Source: Octopus vulgaris
Lineage: Eukaryota
DNA length: 64,000 nucleotides
Reading direction: 5' to 3'
NCBI GenBank assembly: GCA_951406725.2
Contig: OX597823.1
Span: 116,622,001-116,686,000 of the forward strand
The translations under genes and the position numbers were made by a program. Below are positions 40,661-54,587 of the stretch, one piece after another (within the stretch, counting starts at the first letter, position 1; each line of letters opens with the position of its first letter). The notes beneath the pieces were generated by a model that saw only the letters and a program-made list of their open reading frames with translations, was not told the DNA's origin and ran no database searches.

Positions 40661-41352
40661 AATTATTGTATACAGTGCTCAGGTACACCACAACTTGTCA
40701 AAAGTGCGTATAAAGCATGTGCAGTAATGTACAAATGTCTGGAAAGTGAACAGTGTATGAGTCAGATACATGCTTGCGTGTGTATGGAGGGGAGAAAATC
40801 AAGTGTAGTGTTGGCAAATCTCAGGAAGCATGGAAGTTTTGAAGGATGCAGTGCTCCGACAATTAGCAACTGATGCCGGCAGTTTGTTCCATGCTTCAGC
40901 AACTCTTAGCGTGAAAAAATGTTTCCAAAAGACATGGGAGCTGTGTTGTTTTCTGACTTTGTAAACATGTCCACGGGTGTTAGACGGGTGGAGTTTGAAA
41001 AGGTGATCAGAGTTATTGTTTGTAAGATGGTTAATAATTTTATGGGTGTCTGCCAATTCATTCTACAACTGAGTGTATTGGAGCAACATGAAAAAAAGTG
41101 TCTTGCTCAAGAACACAACTAACAGCCCAGTCCAGGAATCAAACTCACAACATCATGAATGTGAGCCCAGCAATCTAACTACTGAGCAACGTGCCTTTCG
41201 TGCATTATCTCATAGATTCAAGATTTCAATGATGTAATTGTTTATTTTTAGAATGACATTGTAGGGTAGGTCCGAGAGACCAGACCAGTCAGTTTCAACA
41301 TAAAACAGGTAGAATATTTGGATTGAATATGACTGGTTTATATGCTAAAGGG
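40382..41352. mobile_element. piggyBac-type MITE hosting a family-C-like SINE (40440-40622 and 41056-41197, minus)
   Basis: TTAA-CCAGTTAGCAT ... ATGCTAAAGGG-TTAC ends; SINE halves separated by a CR1 fragment. Confidence 0.55.
40624..41055 (-). mobile_element. CR1-clade LINE 3' end
   Basis: HKIINHL...TRGHVYKVRKQHSSHVFWKHFFTLRVAEAWNKLPASV...SFK; (TTA)n tail. Confidence 0.85.
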
Positions 41353-43629
41353 TTACAAAGTAGATATTGAACAGTAAAATTTCTGACATACACAATACAG
41401 GATGGTCAGTGCTGAAACATCTTTGATTATAGGTCTACTCAATCTGAGCTGTCCAAGGGCTAAAAGAAAACGACAACGTGTGCATGGAATGTCTGCTGTG
41501 ATTGAGTAATAAATCATTTAATAAAATGTAGTTCGGAGCCTGGTGGTGGTGGTGGTGGTGGTGGTAGTAGTGGTGGTGGCAGCGACAGTGGCAGTTGTGG
41601 TGGTGGTGGTGGTGGTGGTGAGTGAAATATTTTCTGGATATAAAGAGGTAACTTAATCTTTAAAGTACAGTTTTGGCAGTGTTATATATGTGAAGTTGCT
41701 TTTGGAAGATCATCATTTGGTACATATTTTATGAGCATTGTCCTTCAGTTGCTGCTCCTTGGCAGTTTGTCAGTCGTTTCATTTCTATTCTACAACTGTC
41801 CACTCTCTCTGTAGAACCAGTATTGGTGTTGGTGGCTACTTCCAGCAACTGTAAGAACATTATGTTTAGTATTAGTGTCTGCGTGTCTTAAATGTCTTAG
41901 ATGTAGGTATATTAGGAAATGGGGTGGTTTGCAAAGCTGACATGCTTTAGCTGTGTATACAGAGATGTCGGATAGACAGCATAGTTGAAAGTGTTGAGTG
42001 AGGAGAATTAGGATTTAGAAGACACCAGAAAATAATTAATGACTTGTTCAGTCCACCAGCCACCTCCAGTAAGAGAGTTTCTGTAAAGAAAAGTGAATTA
42101 GCCCAGATAAATGATAAATGAGTCTAAATTGAGGCCAGTATTTTGATGATGGAGAGAGCTTGCAATTGCCTGTAAATCTACACCAGTCAGATGGAGGGAT
42201 GCCTATAAACCATGCTGAGACAGGAGCATAATTGAGATCTTGTAGATGTCAATAAACAGAGAAAACAACAATTTATATTACTACTACTACTACTACTACT
42301 ACTTTGACTACTATGTTAACAATTTGCTATCATTGACATGGTGTTAATAATATACTATTACCATTGACTAACTATTATTTTTAATTTGATATAAGTTCAT
42401 TTATGTCTTGTAAATATTCTATTTTATTAGTTCTTTGTTGCTAACCTGACCCCCAGTATATCCCAATATTTGAATAGTACTTGTATAAACTATTGTCCAT
42501 CCTTGTATGATTAATAAAATAAAGCAGCAGTCACTTATGGAAAACCATATCATCAGCCATACCCTGGCCCAATATTAGCATTCATGTGCTTCTGTAGGAA
42601 ATTCTTATTAAGATACAACAACCATAATTTGTCAATGTCACAATGGAATTGGGCTGTTTGGATTATAGCATATATTTCAATATTCATCTTCATTTTGGTA
42701 GACTTCACTTGTATCTTTTAGTTAATTTGTGCAAGATCGAGTTGTTTGGAAGGTGACACCAGGTTTATAAGTGATAGACTGCTTCTCTCTTAATGCCATC
42801 CTTAGTGATAAAAGACTAAAGTATACTTTTCTGTGTTAAACAGATTCTCATAATTACGTTTCTATCAATCTCCTGTTGTCGCTGCTGTATACTCTGCTCT
42901 CCTGTGTCAATGGGTCGTTACTTCTTTCCTGCTTTGATTCATTAAAGTTTGGCTCAACATTAATAGGAATTTATCTTGGAACTTAAATCTTCTTATCCAT
43001 GTAATTTATCATCAAGCAATCAAGTCAACATCCTCTTGGTATCGGTTATGCAGTAAAACCAGGATATAGGGTAGCAGCAAAAGATTCAATGCAATTCACA
43101 ATATCTGTAACTTATCTGTATTCCTGGGCAGCCGAAAGTTTTCTCATTAATAATCTATTTTTTTGTTTGTATATTTGTCCAAAAAACTACATAATTTATT
43201 GCTTCAAATCTCTTGGAGCAATGGTTAAGTGGTTAACAGTATTGAAACTCTGGAACTAAAAATGACGGTTTGTAAGTTCAAACCGAGCCTGTATGTCACC
43301 ATAAAATACTTAAGACCACTGAAGATAAAACCAGTTGAAACGGAGTGTAGCAGACAATCTCATGCAAGATAAAATTAATAGTGTAGAAAGATTCTCAGAT
43401 AAGTCAATACAATACATATATAAATAAACTAATATTTGTTAACACAATGTTATATAAACTGGTACATTATGCAATGTCTCCAATGGAATATATCACTATC
43501 TCTCTCTCTCTCTCTCTCTGTCTTTCCGTTGCTCTCTCTCTCTCATTACACATGTGTTTTGCTGACTATCAGACTTCTCACTAAGCCATTGCATACAGTC
43601 CTTCCATGAGTTACAACTGCATATAAGCC

Positions 43630-43960
43630 ACTTCATCATCATCATCATTTAATGATGAGATCTGGTGAACCACAGAGTTGTGTGCCTAATTCTGGTGTGA
43701 GCGTTCACATGGCTTCTATAGCTGGATGCCCTTCCTAGCACCAACTGAACGACAGTGTGTACTGGGTACCTTCTTTATGGCACCAGCACTAGTGAGGTTT
43801 CTGAGTAACTTGCTGGACAGAAAATGCAACAGAACAAAGTCATGCTCCTAAGTAGTAAGAGAGGGTATTTAAGAGGAGACGGTGGTTTTGTGCCAGGTGT
43901 CGATAGATCAAAGTATGACAAAGGGACAAGCACAGGTGTCTTGTTATAGTGGAGAAACAT
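43630..43960 (-). mobile_element. Decayed RTE-type 3' UTR
   Basis: (CAT)n TTTAATG, GCTGGATGCCCTTCCTAGCACCAAC; homologous to 28790-29120. Confidence 0.6.
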
Positions 43961-44108
43961 GGCTACTCTGCTTTATGTAGATAGTGACTGGGTGCCACAG
44001 CAAATTCTTCTACAAACAAAAGCCTTCCTTGTTCTTCCTATAAAACACTGAACTTGAAACCATTCCATGAGGTGCTAAATTCTTAACCATGTAGCCTTGG
44101 TCTACATC

Positions 44109-44140
<32 letters not shown>

Positions 44141-44162
44141 TGTATGTATGTATGTATGTATG

Positions 44163-44193
<31 letters not shown>

Positions 44194-44224
44194 TTGTGTT
44201 TGTATGTAAGTATGTGTGTGTATG

Positions 44225-44261
<37 letters not shown>

Positions 44262-44284
44262 GTATATATATATATATAAAATAC

Positions 44285-44870
44285 TCGCAGTGTGGTAAGT
44301 AGCTTGCTTCCCAACCACATGGTTCTGGGTTCAGTTTCACTGCATGGCAACTTGGGCAAGTGTCTTCTACTATAGCCTCGGGCTGACCAAGGCTTGTGAG
44401 TGGATTTAGTAGACGAAAACTGAAAGAAGCCCATCGTATGTGTGTGTATTTATGTGTTATGTGTTTGTGTTTGTCCCCCCACCATTGCTTGACAACTGAT
44501 GTTGGTGTGTTTATGTCCCTGTAACTTAGCAGTTTGACAAAAGTACTAGGCTTACAAAGAATAAGCCCTGGGGTTGATTTGTTCGACTAAAGGCAGTGCT
44601 CCAGTATGGTCACTGTCAAATGACTGAAACAAGTAAAAGAATACACACATAGGGTGGTGAGATGGCAGAATTGTTTGTACTCCAGATAAAATGCTTAATG
44701 GCATTTCATCGTTCTTCTTGTTCTGATATCAATTTTCCCTGAGGTCAACTTTGCTTTTCATCCTTTCGGGGTCAATGAAATAAATAAGAACCAATTGAGT
44801 ACTGTGGTCAATGTAATCGACGTACCCTCCCCCTTAAAATTGCTGGCTTTGTGCCAAAATGTGAAACCCA
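44285..44870 (+). mobile_element. SINE family B (44285-44642) followed by an old family-A SINE (44652-44870)
   Basis: Match to the two consensus sequences. Confidence 0.8.
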
Positions 44871-45428
44871 TACACACACACACATACACATAATGTATAT
44901 TCAGTGGAGGTCATCTGGAGATATAAGGGGAGGACTTCTTAAGTTATATATGAATAGCAACATCTGGAAATATAGTTTTTTAAAATAAACACAAACAGGA
45001 CCGAGTATGTAACCAGGGCAACATGTAAAATGTGTGGTTTTTAACAGAGAATTAAAGTCAACATTTATATTATAATCAGCAGCATAATTAAACCATCAGT
45101 TCTGACTAGCAAATATCTCAGGTTAATTAACTTAGTTTACTGAGGTGATAATGGCATAATAATGAGCAGTAGTGTCAACAGCAGAAACTTTAAAGAGCAG
45201 GTGTGTTGTCACCTGAACTAACAGTCTCAGTGCTTTCTGTGACCTTGGAGAAGTGAAAATGGAAGAAGAGGTTGGTGTAAATTGAACACACAACATGATC
45301 AGACTATCAGATGCTATAGACTGAGTTCTGAGTTCTGAATGTGGTTTGAGGCCACACATTTGCAAAGAAAGAGTACAGTTGAGTTTATTAATGCTAGTTA
45401 TTTTTGTAGACCCTTCACGGCTGAAATG

Positions 45429-46384
45429 CAGCACTGCATTAAGCATTAAGCATAATAAGCATGTGTTTAGGACATCAAAAGAAGGGGAGGCAGCACAGAA
45501 ATGGTAAATGGTTTATGGCACAAAAGAAATAACTCTAAACTTGCTAAAACAAACATTCCTGTGTGTGTTTTTCAAAATGTAGACATTGGCTTTCCTGTAT
45601 TTTTAAAATTAATGGTAAAAAAAATCTGCTCATCTGAGCTTTCGTTTCCTCAGCTGAACCATATTAGAAATCTCATCAGAACACCTATGCAACAAGGCAG
45701 GTTGGATGCCTTATCTCTACTAAGTATAGAAGTAAATGTGTTATGTAAGGTTAATTTTGAGGATCTAATCAAAGGCTTTGCAATTTAAAAACATAAGAGA
45801 AAACTTTCCAAATATTAATAAAAAGAAAGTATACAAAAATAACATTATTTTCCATCTTGTTAGTTTTGTTTCATTTTGAAAATTGGAAATTTATTTTATG
45901 GTACATTATTGTTGGTGTAGGAGTGGCTGTGTGGTAAGTAGCTTGCTTACGAACCACATGGTTCCGGGTTCAGTCCCACTGCGTGGCGCCTTGGGCAAGT
46001 GTCTTCTACTATAGCCTCAGGCCGACCAAACCCTTGTGAGTGGATTTGGTAGATGGAAACTGAAAGAAGCCCATTGTATATGTGTATATATATGTGTATG
46101 TATGTGTGTGTATATGTTTGTGTGTCTGTGTTTGTCCTCCCAACATCGCTTGACAACCGATGCTGGTGTGTATATTTCCCTGTAACAAAAGAGACTGATA
46201 GAATAAGTACTAGGCTTCCAAAGAATAAGTCCTGGGATCGATTTGCTCAACTAAAGGAGGTGCTCCAGCATGGTCACAGTCAAATGACTGAAACAAGTAC
46301 AAAAGTATAGTTTGAATTACGTATAAATGATGGCACCAAAACCATCTAAGTGCTTAGAACCTCAATGGATTTAATCTGGTCCTG
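45429..46384 (+). mobile_element. Internally deleted hAT transposon retaining the C-terminal dimerisation domain; SINE B nested at 45915-46306
   Basis: ORF 45501-45788 CSSELSFPQLNHIRNLIRTPMQQGRLDALSLLSIE (hATC-like); TIRs CAGCACTGCATTAA / CAGGACCAGATTAA; eroded 8-bp TSD CTGAAATG/ATGAAACA. Confidence 0.8.
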
Positions 46385-47470
46385 ATGAAACATAATCATT
46401 TCTGGAAGGATTTGAACTCAGAAAGTAGTGAAACACATTAAATATTGTTATTTCATCTGGTACTTTGGTGATTTTACCACTTCGCTGCTTTTAACACAGT
46501 TATATACCAATAAAGACTCACATGTACAACATACAAACATACATGTGCATGGGAATGGATGCAATCATGCAGACACATGCTGATGCCTGTTTGCACATAA
46601 TACATGTATGCATCTGCACACCCAAATGCACATACATGCAGACACATACAGACACACCTATAAACACTCGTTCAATGTAGACAGACACATACACACACAC
46701 GCGTGCACGTGCACACATAACACACACACATGCACACACACAAACATGAACGCACATGCACACGCACATGCAGACACACATACACACATATATACACATG
46801 CACACACACACACACACATGCATGCATGCACACACATACACACACACACGTGTGTGCACACAAAGACACACACATGCACACACACACATACACACACTAT
46901 TCTTTCTTTTTGTATCTCCTTTGAAAAACTTCAACAATAATAGGCTTGCTAAGCCTCTTATTGTTGCTGTCCACTGATTTCTAAGATCTTGAGTTCAAGT
47001 CTGCTGGAAGCATTTTATTGTATATTTAAGCAATTCACTTAATTTTTCACACCTCAGCTCCCTCGAATAGATTTCAGAATGTTTGAAACTTTTACCTGGA
47101 ATGGGAAGAGATTAAGTTCTTCACACTCACTTCACACGAACACCAGAGATAAGTCTTACTCCCGGAGACATTCAAATACTGGATGTCAGTTTTGCATCTA
47201 TCAAATACTCTTCTTCTCTCCTTACTCCCAGTGACCCTCTGCACTTTTGTACACATGTAATGTTACCACAACTTTTGTACTGTTGCTATGGAAATGGCTG
47301 AGTAATTGGCCAAACATACCTCATCCATGTAGTTAGTGGGAGGCGAAACAAAAGCCAGATGTTAAATGGAGCAACAACAATGAACATAATTCACTTCACT
47401 CCACTGCTTCCTCTCCCTCAGCATTTCATCCGCCTCTCTTTACTTTACTTTACTTCTTTCTCTTCTCTTC

Positions 47471-47507
<37 letters not shown>

Positions 47508-48701
47508 CCCTTGTCTCTCACACACACACACAAGAAGATCTCAGTAAAATTATTAGGTTTCCTAGCCAGTTCCCTAAAGACAACATGCCAGTGCTAAAAT
47601 GGTTCCTCCGTTTTGCCAATGGAGATTCCAGAATATGAACACAATCAATCTTTCTTCTATAAAACATAACAACAATAAAATACTTTACACAAATCAGCAG
47701 TTTCGTAGTCGGCCTGTCTGCTGGCCTATCTTGTTCTCCGCATCTTCCTTCTCTTCTCTTTCTCCGCTGCTCTTTCCTTTCTGTTTAGCCGTATCCAAAG
47801 TCTGGTGCAAGGAGAGGAAGATGGGTTCTAGTTAAATTAATTAGCTTATCACTGATTAGGTATAATAGTTCTATTTCACTCTATCTCTTTATCTCACTCC
47901 CTCAAGGCCATAAATAATGCACAACAATACAGAACAGACTTCTATACACTCCAACAAAGTACACAACCCACCCCCACACACACACACACATACACACACA
48001 CACCACCACCACCACCATCTCCTCCTCCTTATTTACATTTACAGCTTTTTATTAATTATCTATTAGCTTAACAAATGACTTATGAATTCAATGTTCTCAG
48101 TTTGTTTCATTAACTATTGTATCTGTATGTATGTATGCATGTATGTATGTGTGTATGTATTATATGTATTATACACACACACACACACACACACACACAT
48201 GTCTGGGTATGACTTTAAACTACATCCAGTGGTGAAGCTCCAGTTTGGGGGTTCTGAAGTAGTGGGGAGCTTGGAGTCACCCCTTAGTTATCATTACTCT
48301 CAGGTCCATTCTGACCCAGGATGGCAGAACCTGTCAAAGTCCCATTGATGGGTTAACAAGATTTCCCAGTGGCAGAGGAATCTCAAGTTATTTCTGACAA
48401 AACTGTAGGAGAAATAAAATCTTTAAGAAGAAAGAAGGAAGATACTCTAACATAAAACTCGCTATCAAAACAGAATCAGTCACTTTTGCAATTCTTGTCA
48501 CTGGAACCTACTATGGTGACCAAGAAAATGCCAAACGTGTTGTCCATGCTTTTGACACTTAAACCAATTGAAGAACAGATGACTCACTATCATTTCATTT
48601 GAACGTGAGATGGCTATTATCTGACATGATGCAGCAATCATCATCTCTCTCTATGTGTGTGTGTCTTAGGTCCTGGTAGAGTGTAAAAGTATGGTATTTC
48701 T

Positions 48702-48927
48702 AGAGCTGGCAAAAACGTTAGCACACCGGGCGAAATGCTTAGCAGTATTTCATCTGCCGTTACGTTCTGAGTTCAAATTCCGCCGAGGTCAACTTTGCCT
48801 TTCATCCTTTCGGGGTCGATAAATTAAGTACCAGTTACGCACTGGGGTCGATGTAATCGACTTAATCAGTTTGTCTGTCCTTGTTTGTCCCCTCTATGTT
48901 TAGCCCCTTGTGGGTAGTAAAGAAATA
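48702..48927 (+). mobile_element. SINE family A, young full-length copy
   Basis: GAGCTGGCAAAAACGTTAGC...GTAAAGAAATA; flanked on both sides by GTAT(G/A)GTATTTC. Confidence 0.9.
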
Positions 48928-49969
48928 GGTATAGTATTTCCAGAGAAGCACTCAACCCAAATACTGGGCTATCAACACTGTCAGGTTCCAGACCAATGCC
49001 AGAATTCTTCAAGTGTAGAAAATGCTGGTTTCAGGACAGTAACACCATTGTGTGGGTTTGACAAAGGGTAAATTATAATCCAAATAATGAGAAGTCAAAG
49101 AAATTCTTTAACATGTCTTCAATGATACATTACAATTGTTTCTGTACCATTTCTGCTGGTAAGGCCAGTTTACACAAAAATTCAAAGTGAAAATTTACAT
49201 ATTTGTGGTTTTAAGACATTAGAGTGGCACTTCATCAGACTTGCATCAAAGGTGTGCTGTCACATTGCGCATCTTCCAGACATTGTTTTTTTGGATTATA
49301 TCAGAAGGAAACAAAAAGTAAATAAAAGTGTGGTTATGGGACGAGAAAGTTGGGTAGAGATTATGGGGTGGGGGAAGAGGACGAATATGAAGAAGAAGAA
49401 GAATTTTCTTTGTCTTATTATTTGGATTATGTATATGTATGTATGTGTATAATATATGCATCTATATCTATCTATCTCTCTATCTATTTATATATATATA
49501 TATATCAATAAATAGATAGATAGATACATACATACTGCTAAGATAATTGTGTGTATATACATAAATGTATGCATGCATATGTGTTCATATATATATATAT
49601 ATTTTATGCATTAGAAGAAATGAGGTAATCAGAAGATCGGATGGTTTATATTTACAGATATTTATTTATATATTACATTTTTTACATATATATCATATCA
49701 CTTAGATCATTAGCACTTTCTCCCATTCTAGTGGGGTTACACACAATTATCTTAGCAGTATGTTTCGGCACTGTGTATTCTGGGTTCATGTTCCACTGAG
49801 GTCAAATTCATTTTTATTCTGTTCATAGTCAATAAAAAATGAAACTATTTGAAAATAATTCTTTAACTGAAATGTCAGATTGTTGAGCAAGATGCTTTCT
49901 GCTATTTCTTGCAGCCCTTTGTGTTCCATTGGCAATGTCTTCAATAACACTGATTCCAAGCTATGCTAT

Positions 49970-50200
49970 ATTGGGGCGACTGGCATCGACCATGTTTGGA
50001 TGGTGCTTTTTATGCACCACTGGCACAGGGGAACCAGTCAGGCGGAACTGGCAGTGACCCATGCATGAATGGTGCTTATTGTGTGCCACCAGCACAGGAG
50101 CCAGTCCTCATCCATACACAGCACATGACCATACCAGTGCAGTCGTCTCTCTTGCACATCACATCTCAAGCTTCTTATGTCCAACATTTCTCTCAGGGTG
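49970..50200 (-). mobile_element. Internally deleted RTE fragment
   Basis: LREMLDIRSLRCDVQERRLHWYGHVLCMDED joined directly to UTR repeats. Confidence 0.75.
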
Positions 50201-50220
50201 TTTATATATATATATATATA

Positions 50221-50430
50221 TGAGGGAGTGCTGAAAAATTTTAAGGGTTTCAAAAAGGCCTGGCTGGAGGCCCAACCTTCCAAGTTCTTTTAGGGGACTT
50301 ATAAAAAACTGAAGGACTGCTGCAATAAGTGTGAGAATCTGAGAGGGGAATATGTTGAAGAAAATTATAATTAACTGATCCTCTTGTATTTTCTTTAACC
50401 CAAAGCAAAGAACTTTTCAACACCTCCTCA
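50221..50430 (+). mobile_element. Mariner-derived MITE
   Basis: TIRs TGAGGGAGTGCTGAAAAATT / GAACTTTTCAACACCTCCTCA; internal KLKDCCNKCENLRGEYVE resembles a mariner transposase C-terminus. Confidence 0.75.
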
Positions 50431-50654
50431 TGTGTGTGTGTGTGTGTGTTTGTTAGTGGACAAACAGAAGACAGAGGTACTCAACACATTTAGTAGGGGT
50501 TAGTATATTTTATTTAAAACAATTTGATTCAACTCCAAGCAACTTACGATTTCATAGGTTCATCCCAGGAACCTAGCTGGGTTCCTGTGATGTGTCTATA
50601 AAATAGTAAATTGTGTGGGGCCAAATCAGACTGTTTTAAATAATAATAATGATA

Positions 50655-51235
50655 TTGGGTCACCCAATAAATAATGCGGTTTTGTACTTTTTCTTAGTGC
50701 AAGTTTTGAAGAGTGAAATTCGATTTTAACAGTTATTCTTTCAAAGCTATAATAGAAGTGACAAAGGATCATATTTTGCTTTATGAGTTCAATAAAGACA
50801 ACTACACAATGGAAAGTGTGAGGAATATTAATGCAGTAAATGGGGATCGGACAATAAGAGTAAGCCAGTGTCAACAGTGGCTCCAGAAATTCCAAGCCAG
50901 AAACTACAGCCTAGAAGATGATCCACATCCTGGAAGATCTGCAGAGCATGACGAGGACATCCTGCATTCCCTAGTGGAACAAAATCTCATTGTAGCAGTT
51001 GAGGAACTAGCAGAGAAGCTTGGATTTGGTCATTCAACCATTCATCAACACCTGCATGCCATCAGAAAAGTCAGCAAATTGAATCAGAGGGTTCCTCACA
51101 AACTTTCCAAGTCTAATCGCGTGCAAAGAGTGAATGGGAGTTCTTCTTTGCTGTTGTGTCTCACGAATGAACCTTTTTTTGAACTGAATGGTGACTGGTG
51201 AAGAGAAATGGATTCTCTATAAAAATATCCAGCAT
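50655..51235 (+). mobile_element. 3'-truncated mariner transposon (transposase pseudogene, ORF 50713-51201)
   Basis: TA-TTGGGTCACCCAATAAATAATGCGG TIR; HILLYEF, QQWLQKF...SLEDDPHPGR, ELAEKLG, RVPHKL (WVPHEL motif), frameshifted VTGEEKWILYKN. Confidence 0.9.
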
Positions 51236-51719
51236 TGAAACTCTTCTCTATTTAGCTATCAATCTATCCAACTGTCTTCCTATCGTTTTGTTCATCTATT
51301 TCTCCATCTCTGTATCTATCTATCTGTCCCTCTACTTAACAGTATACTTCTCTGTCGCTCTCTATCTCTCTCTATCTATCAATCTACCTACCTATCTATC
51401 TCTTTCCTTCTCACTTTCTCTTAGCTCAACCCTTAATCATTTCTTCTCTCCCACTCTCCCTCGTGCAGTCCTCTTCTTACTTCCTGCTTTCGTGCAAACC
51501 GTCTTTTCTTGAAATTACTCTTGTACTGATCAGTCGTATTTTTCCATCCCTCTCTTCCTTTCTTTCATTTCTTTCATTTCTTTCTCTTTGGCCAAAAGGC
51601 ACCTCATCTGTTTTTCTTCTCATTGCATGACTTACTTTAATGTCGTCCTTCTGTTAAAAAGCATTTCATATATACATTTTTGTTTATTTCATTTGGCAAT
51701 TTTTCCTCTTCTTCCCTAC

Positions 51720-51989
51720 ATCATCATCATCATCACCACCACCACCACCACCACCATCTTCTTCTTCTTCTTCTTCACTTTTCCATACTTGGATAGAATG
51801 TGTTGAGGCAGATTTTTATGGTCAGATGACCTTCTTGTTGTTGAAACTCACCTGTTTCCAAGTAAGGTAATATTTTCTCATGGCCAGACATATTTTCATA
51901 TTTTCACAGAAGATTAGAGACAAAGGACACTACTCTACGACTGACACCCATTTGCAACTCTCACATGTCAAAACAAGAAGACACCAACT

Positions 51990-52065
<76 letters not shown>

Positions 52066-52175
52066 TGCATATATACACATATATACGACGGGTTTCTTTA
52101 AGTCTCTTTCTACCAAATCTACTCACAAGGCTTTGGTCAGCCCAAGGCTATAGTAGAAGACTTTTGTCCAAGGTT
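51720..52175 (-). mobile_element. SINE with B-type head and RTE-type tail
   Basis: Homologous to 9745-10185. Confidence 0.6.
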
Positions 52176-52441
52176 AGTAAAAGACATTTGTTCAGTGCCA
52201 CACTGGCACCTACAACTCATCCAAATTTACTGTTTGGTCAAAATACTATTTTTGCCCATTACCAAGCAATGGCAGAACGTGCCATAGCTTTGTTTTCGTG
52301 CCTCCTCATCTATGCCTTAGTAGCATCCATGTGGCTGACACTGGCAAACTGAACAATGTTTTCAGGTGTCAGAATTGTCATAATACTTTGATGATAACTG
52401 ATGAGGATTAGAATATATTTTATGCTCATATGCATATGCTG

Positions 52442-52852
52442 GCATGGGCGTGGCTGTATGAGTAAGAAGCTGGCTTCCCATGCACGGAGTCTTCGGTACA
52501 GTCCCACTGTGTGACACCTTGTGTAAACTGCTCCTACTCTAGCGTCAGGTTGACCAAGGCCTTGTGGGTTGATTTGGTAGTCAGAGACCGAGAGAAAGAT
52601 ATCGTATGTATATGTGTGTGTGTGCTTGTGTATGTGTGTGTCTTTGTGTCTGTTTGTCCCCTACCACTGCTTGACAACCAGTGTTGGTGTGTTTACATCC
52701 CTGTAACTTTCTGGTTTGGCAAATGAGAACTATAGAATAAGTACCAGGCCAACAAAGAAATAAGTACAGGGGGGGGGTCAATTCATTTGACTAAAATTCC
52801 TCAAAGCAGTGCTCCAGCATGGCCACTGTCTAGTGACTGAAACAAATAAAAG
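52442..52852 (+). mobile_element. SINE family B (older copy)
   Basis: Matches the family B consensus. Confidence 0.8.
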
Positions 52853-53071
52853 ACAAATTATAATGCTAGTATGGGAGAAGTAGACGTTTTTATATAAATG
52901 GAAGAACTACAGAATAGTGGATCTACAGAATTATAGAATACCAAAGTAGAGAAATTGCAGAATGAAAGAAGCACAAAACCACAGAAACCTTATCAGTTTA
53001 ATGGTAAATTATAGAGTCTAAGAATGCTTTTGTGTACAGAAAATGGGAGCCAATATTCGTTCATTGTTTAA

Positions 53072-53290
53072 CCCTTTCGTTACCATATTTATTTTGAGAT
53101 GCTTTGTGTTTCTTTTAATTAATTTTAAATATAACAAATAATTTGGTAAAAAATCTGTTATTTTTATGTTAGCGTTAGGAACATAATTGTGACTAAGATT
53201 TGGTGGAAGATTTTAATTCAAAACTTATCAAAACAAGACATTTGTACTACAGAGCCAGAGACAGTTTCAGCCAGGTTGGGATTGGAAGGG
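53072..53290. mobile_element. piggyBac-type MITE
   Basis: TTAA-CCCTTTCGTTACC ... GGGATTGGAAGGG-TTAA. Confidence 0.7.
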
Positions 53291-53294
53291 TTAA

Positions 53295-53925
53295 GGTGGC
53301 AAGCTGGCAGAAATGTTAGCATACCAGGCAAAATGCTTAGCGGTATTTCGTCTGTCTTTATGTTCTGAGTTCAAATTCTGCCGAGGTCAACTTTGCCTTT
53401 CATCCTTTTGGGGTTGATAAATTAAGTACCACTTACGCACTGGGGTCGATGTAATTGACTTAATCCCTCTGTCTGTCCTTGTTTGTCCACTATATATATA
53501 TTTATATTTATATAAATTTATAAATATATATATTTATTTAGCCCCTTGTGGGTAGTAAAGAAATAGGTATTTCGTCTTCCGCTACGTTCTGAGTTCAAAT
53601 TCTGCTGTGGTCGACTTTGTCTTTCATCCTTTCAGGGTCGATTAAATAAATACCAGATACACACTGGGGTCGATATAATCGACTTTATTCGTTTATCTGT
53701 CCTTGTTTGTCTTCTCTATGTTTAGCCCCTTGTGGGTAGAAAAGAAATAGAAATAGGTATTTTGTCTGTCGTTACGTTCTGAGTTCAAACTCTACTGAGG
53801 TCAACTTTGCCTTTCATCCTTTTGGGGTCGATAAATTAAGTAGCAGCTGTGTACTGGGGTTGATCTAATTGACTGGCCCCCTCCCCCAAAATTTCGGGCT
53901 TTGTGCCTAGAGTAGAAAAGAATCA
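53295..53925 (+). mobile_element. SINE family A, three head-to-tail units (plus an old copy at 53950-54120)
   Basis: Unit junctions AAAGAAATA-GGTATTT at ~53557-53573 and ~53750-53763. Confidence 0.88.
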
Positions 53926-54199
53926 AGAGCAACACCAATCAAAATTCTTTGTGGCATTTCATCTAGATTTACATTCTGGGTTCAAATGCTACCAAGGTTG
54001 ACTTTACCTTTCATCTTTCAGGATCAATAAAATAGCACCAGTTGAGAGAAGTGGACTCGATGCAATTGACTTACCCCTCCCCCAAAATTGCTGGCCTTGT
54101 GCCAACGTTTGAAATTAATATTTGTTGATTGTCATCAAGGGAGTATTTCGTGCTGGTGTGGGACACAGGTATTGTACTCATTCTCTCAGTTTGTTTGCC

Positions 54200-54587
54200 G
54201 TTTACTCTTTTACTTGTTTCAGTCATGTGACTGTGGCTATGCTGGAGCACCGCCTTAAGTCGAGCAAATCGACCCCAGGACTTATTCTTTGTAAGCCTAG
54301 TACTTATTCTATCAGTCTCTTTTGCCGAACCTCTAAGTTACGGGGACGTAAACACATTAGCATCGGTTGTCAAGTGATTTTGGGGGAGACAAACACAGAC
54401 ACACAAACATATACACACACATACATATATATATACATATATATGACATATATATGACAGGCTTCTTTCAGTTTCCGTACACCAAATCCACTCACAAGGC
54501 TTTGGTCGGCCCAAGGCTACAGTGAGTCTGAACCTGGAACCATGTGGTTCATAAGCAAGCTACTTACCACACAGCCACTCCTACGCC
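54200..54587 (-). mobile_element. SINE family B
   Basis: Matches the consensus, with a small internal deletion. Confidence 0.85.

Noticed and set aside
45915-45990. SINE heads as functional tRNA genes
   Set aside because: A and B boxes are present but there is no complete cloverleaf, and they run on into SINE bodies
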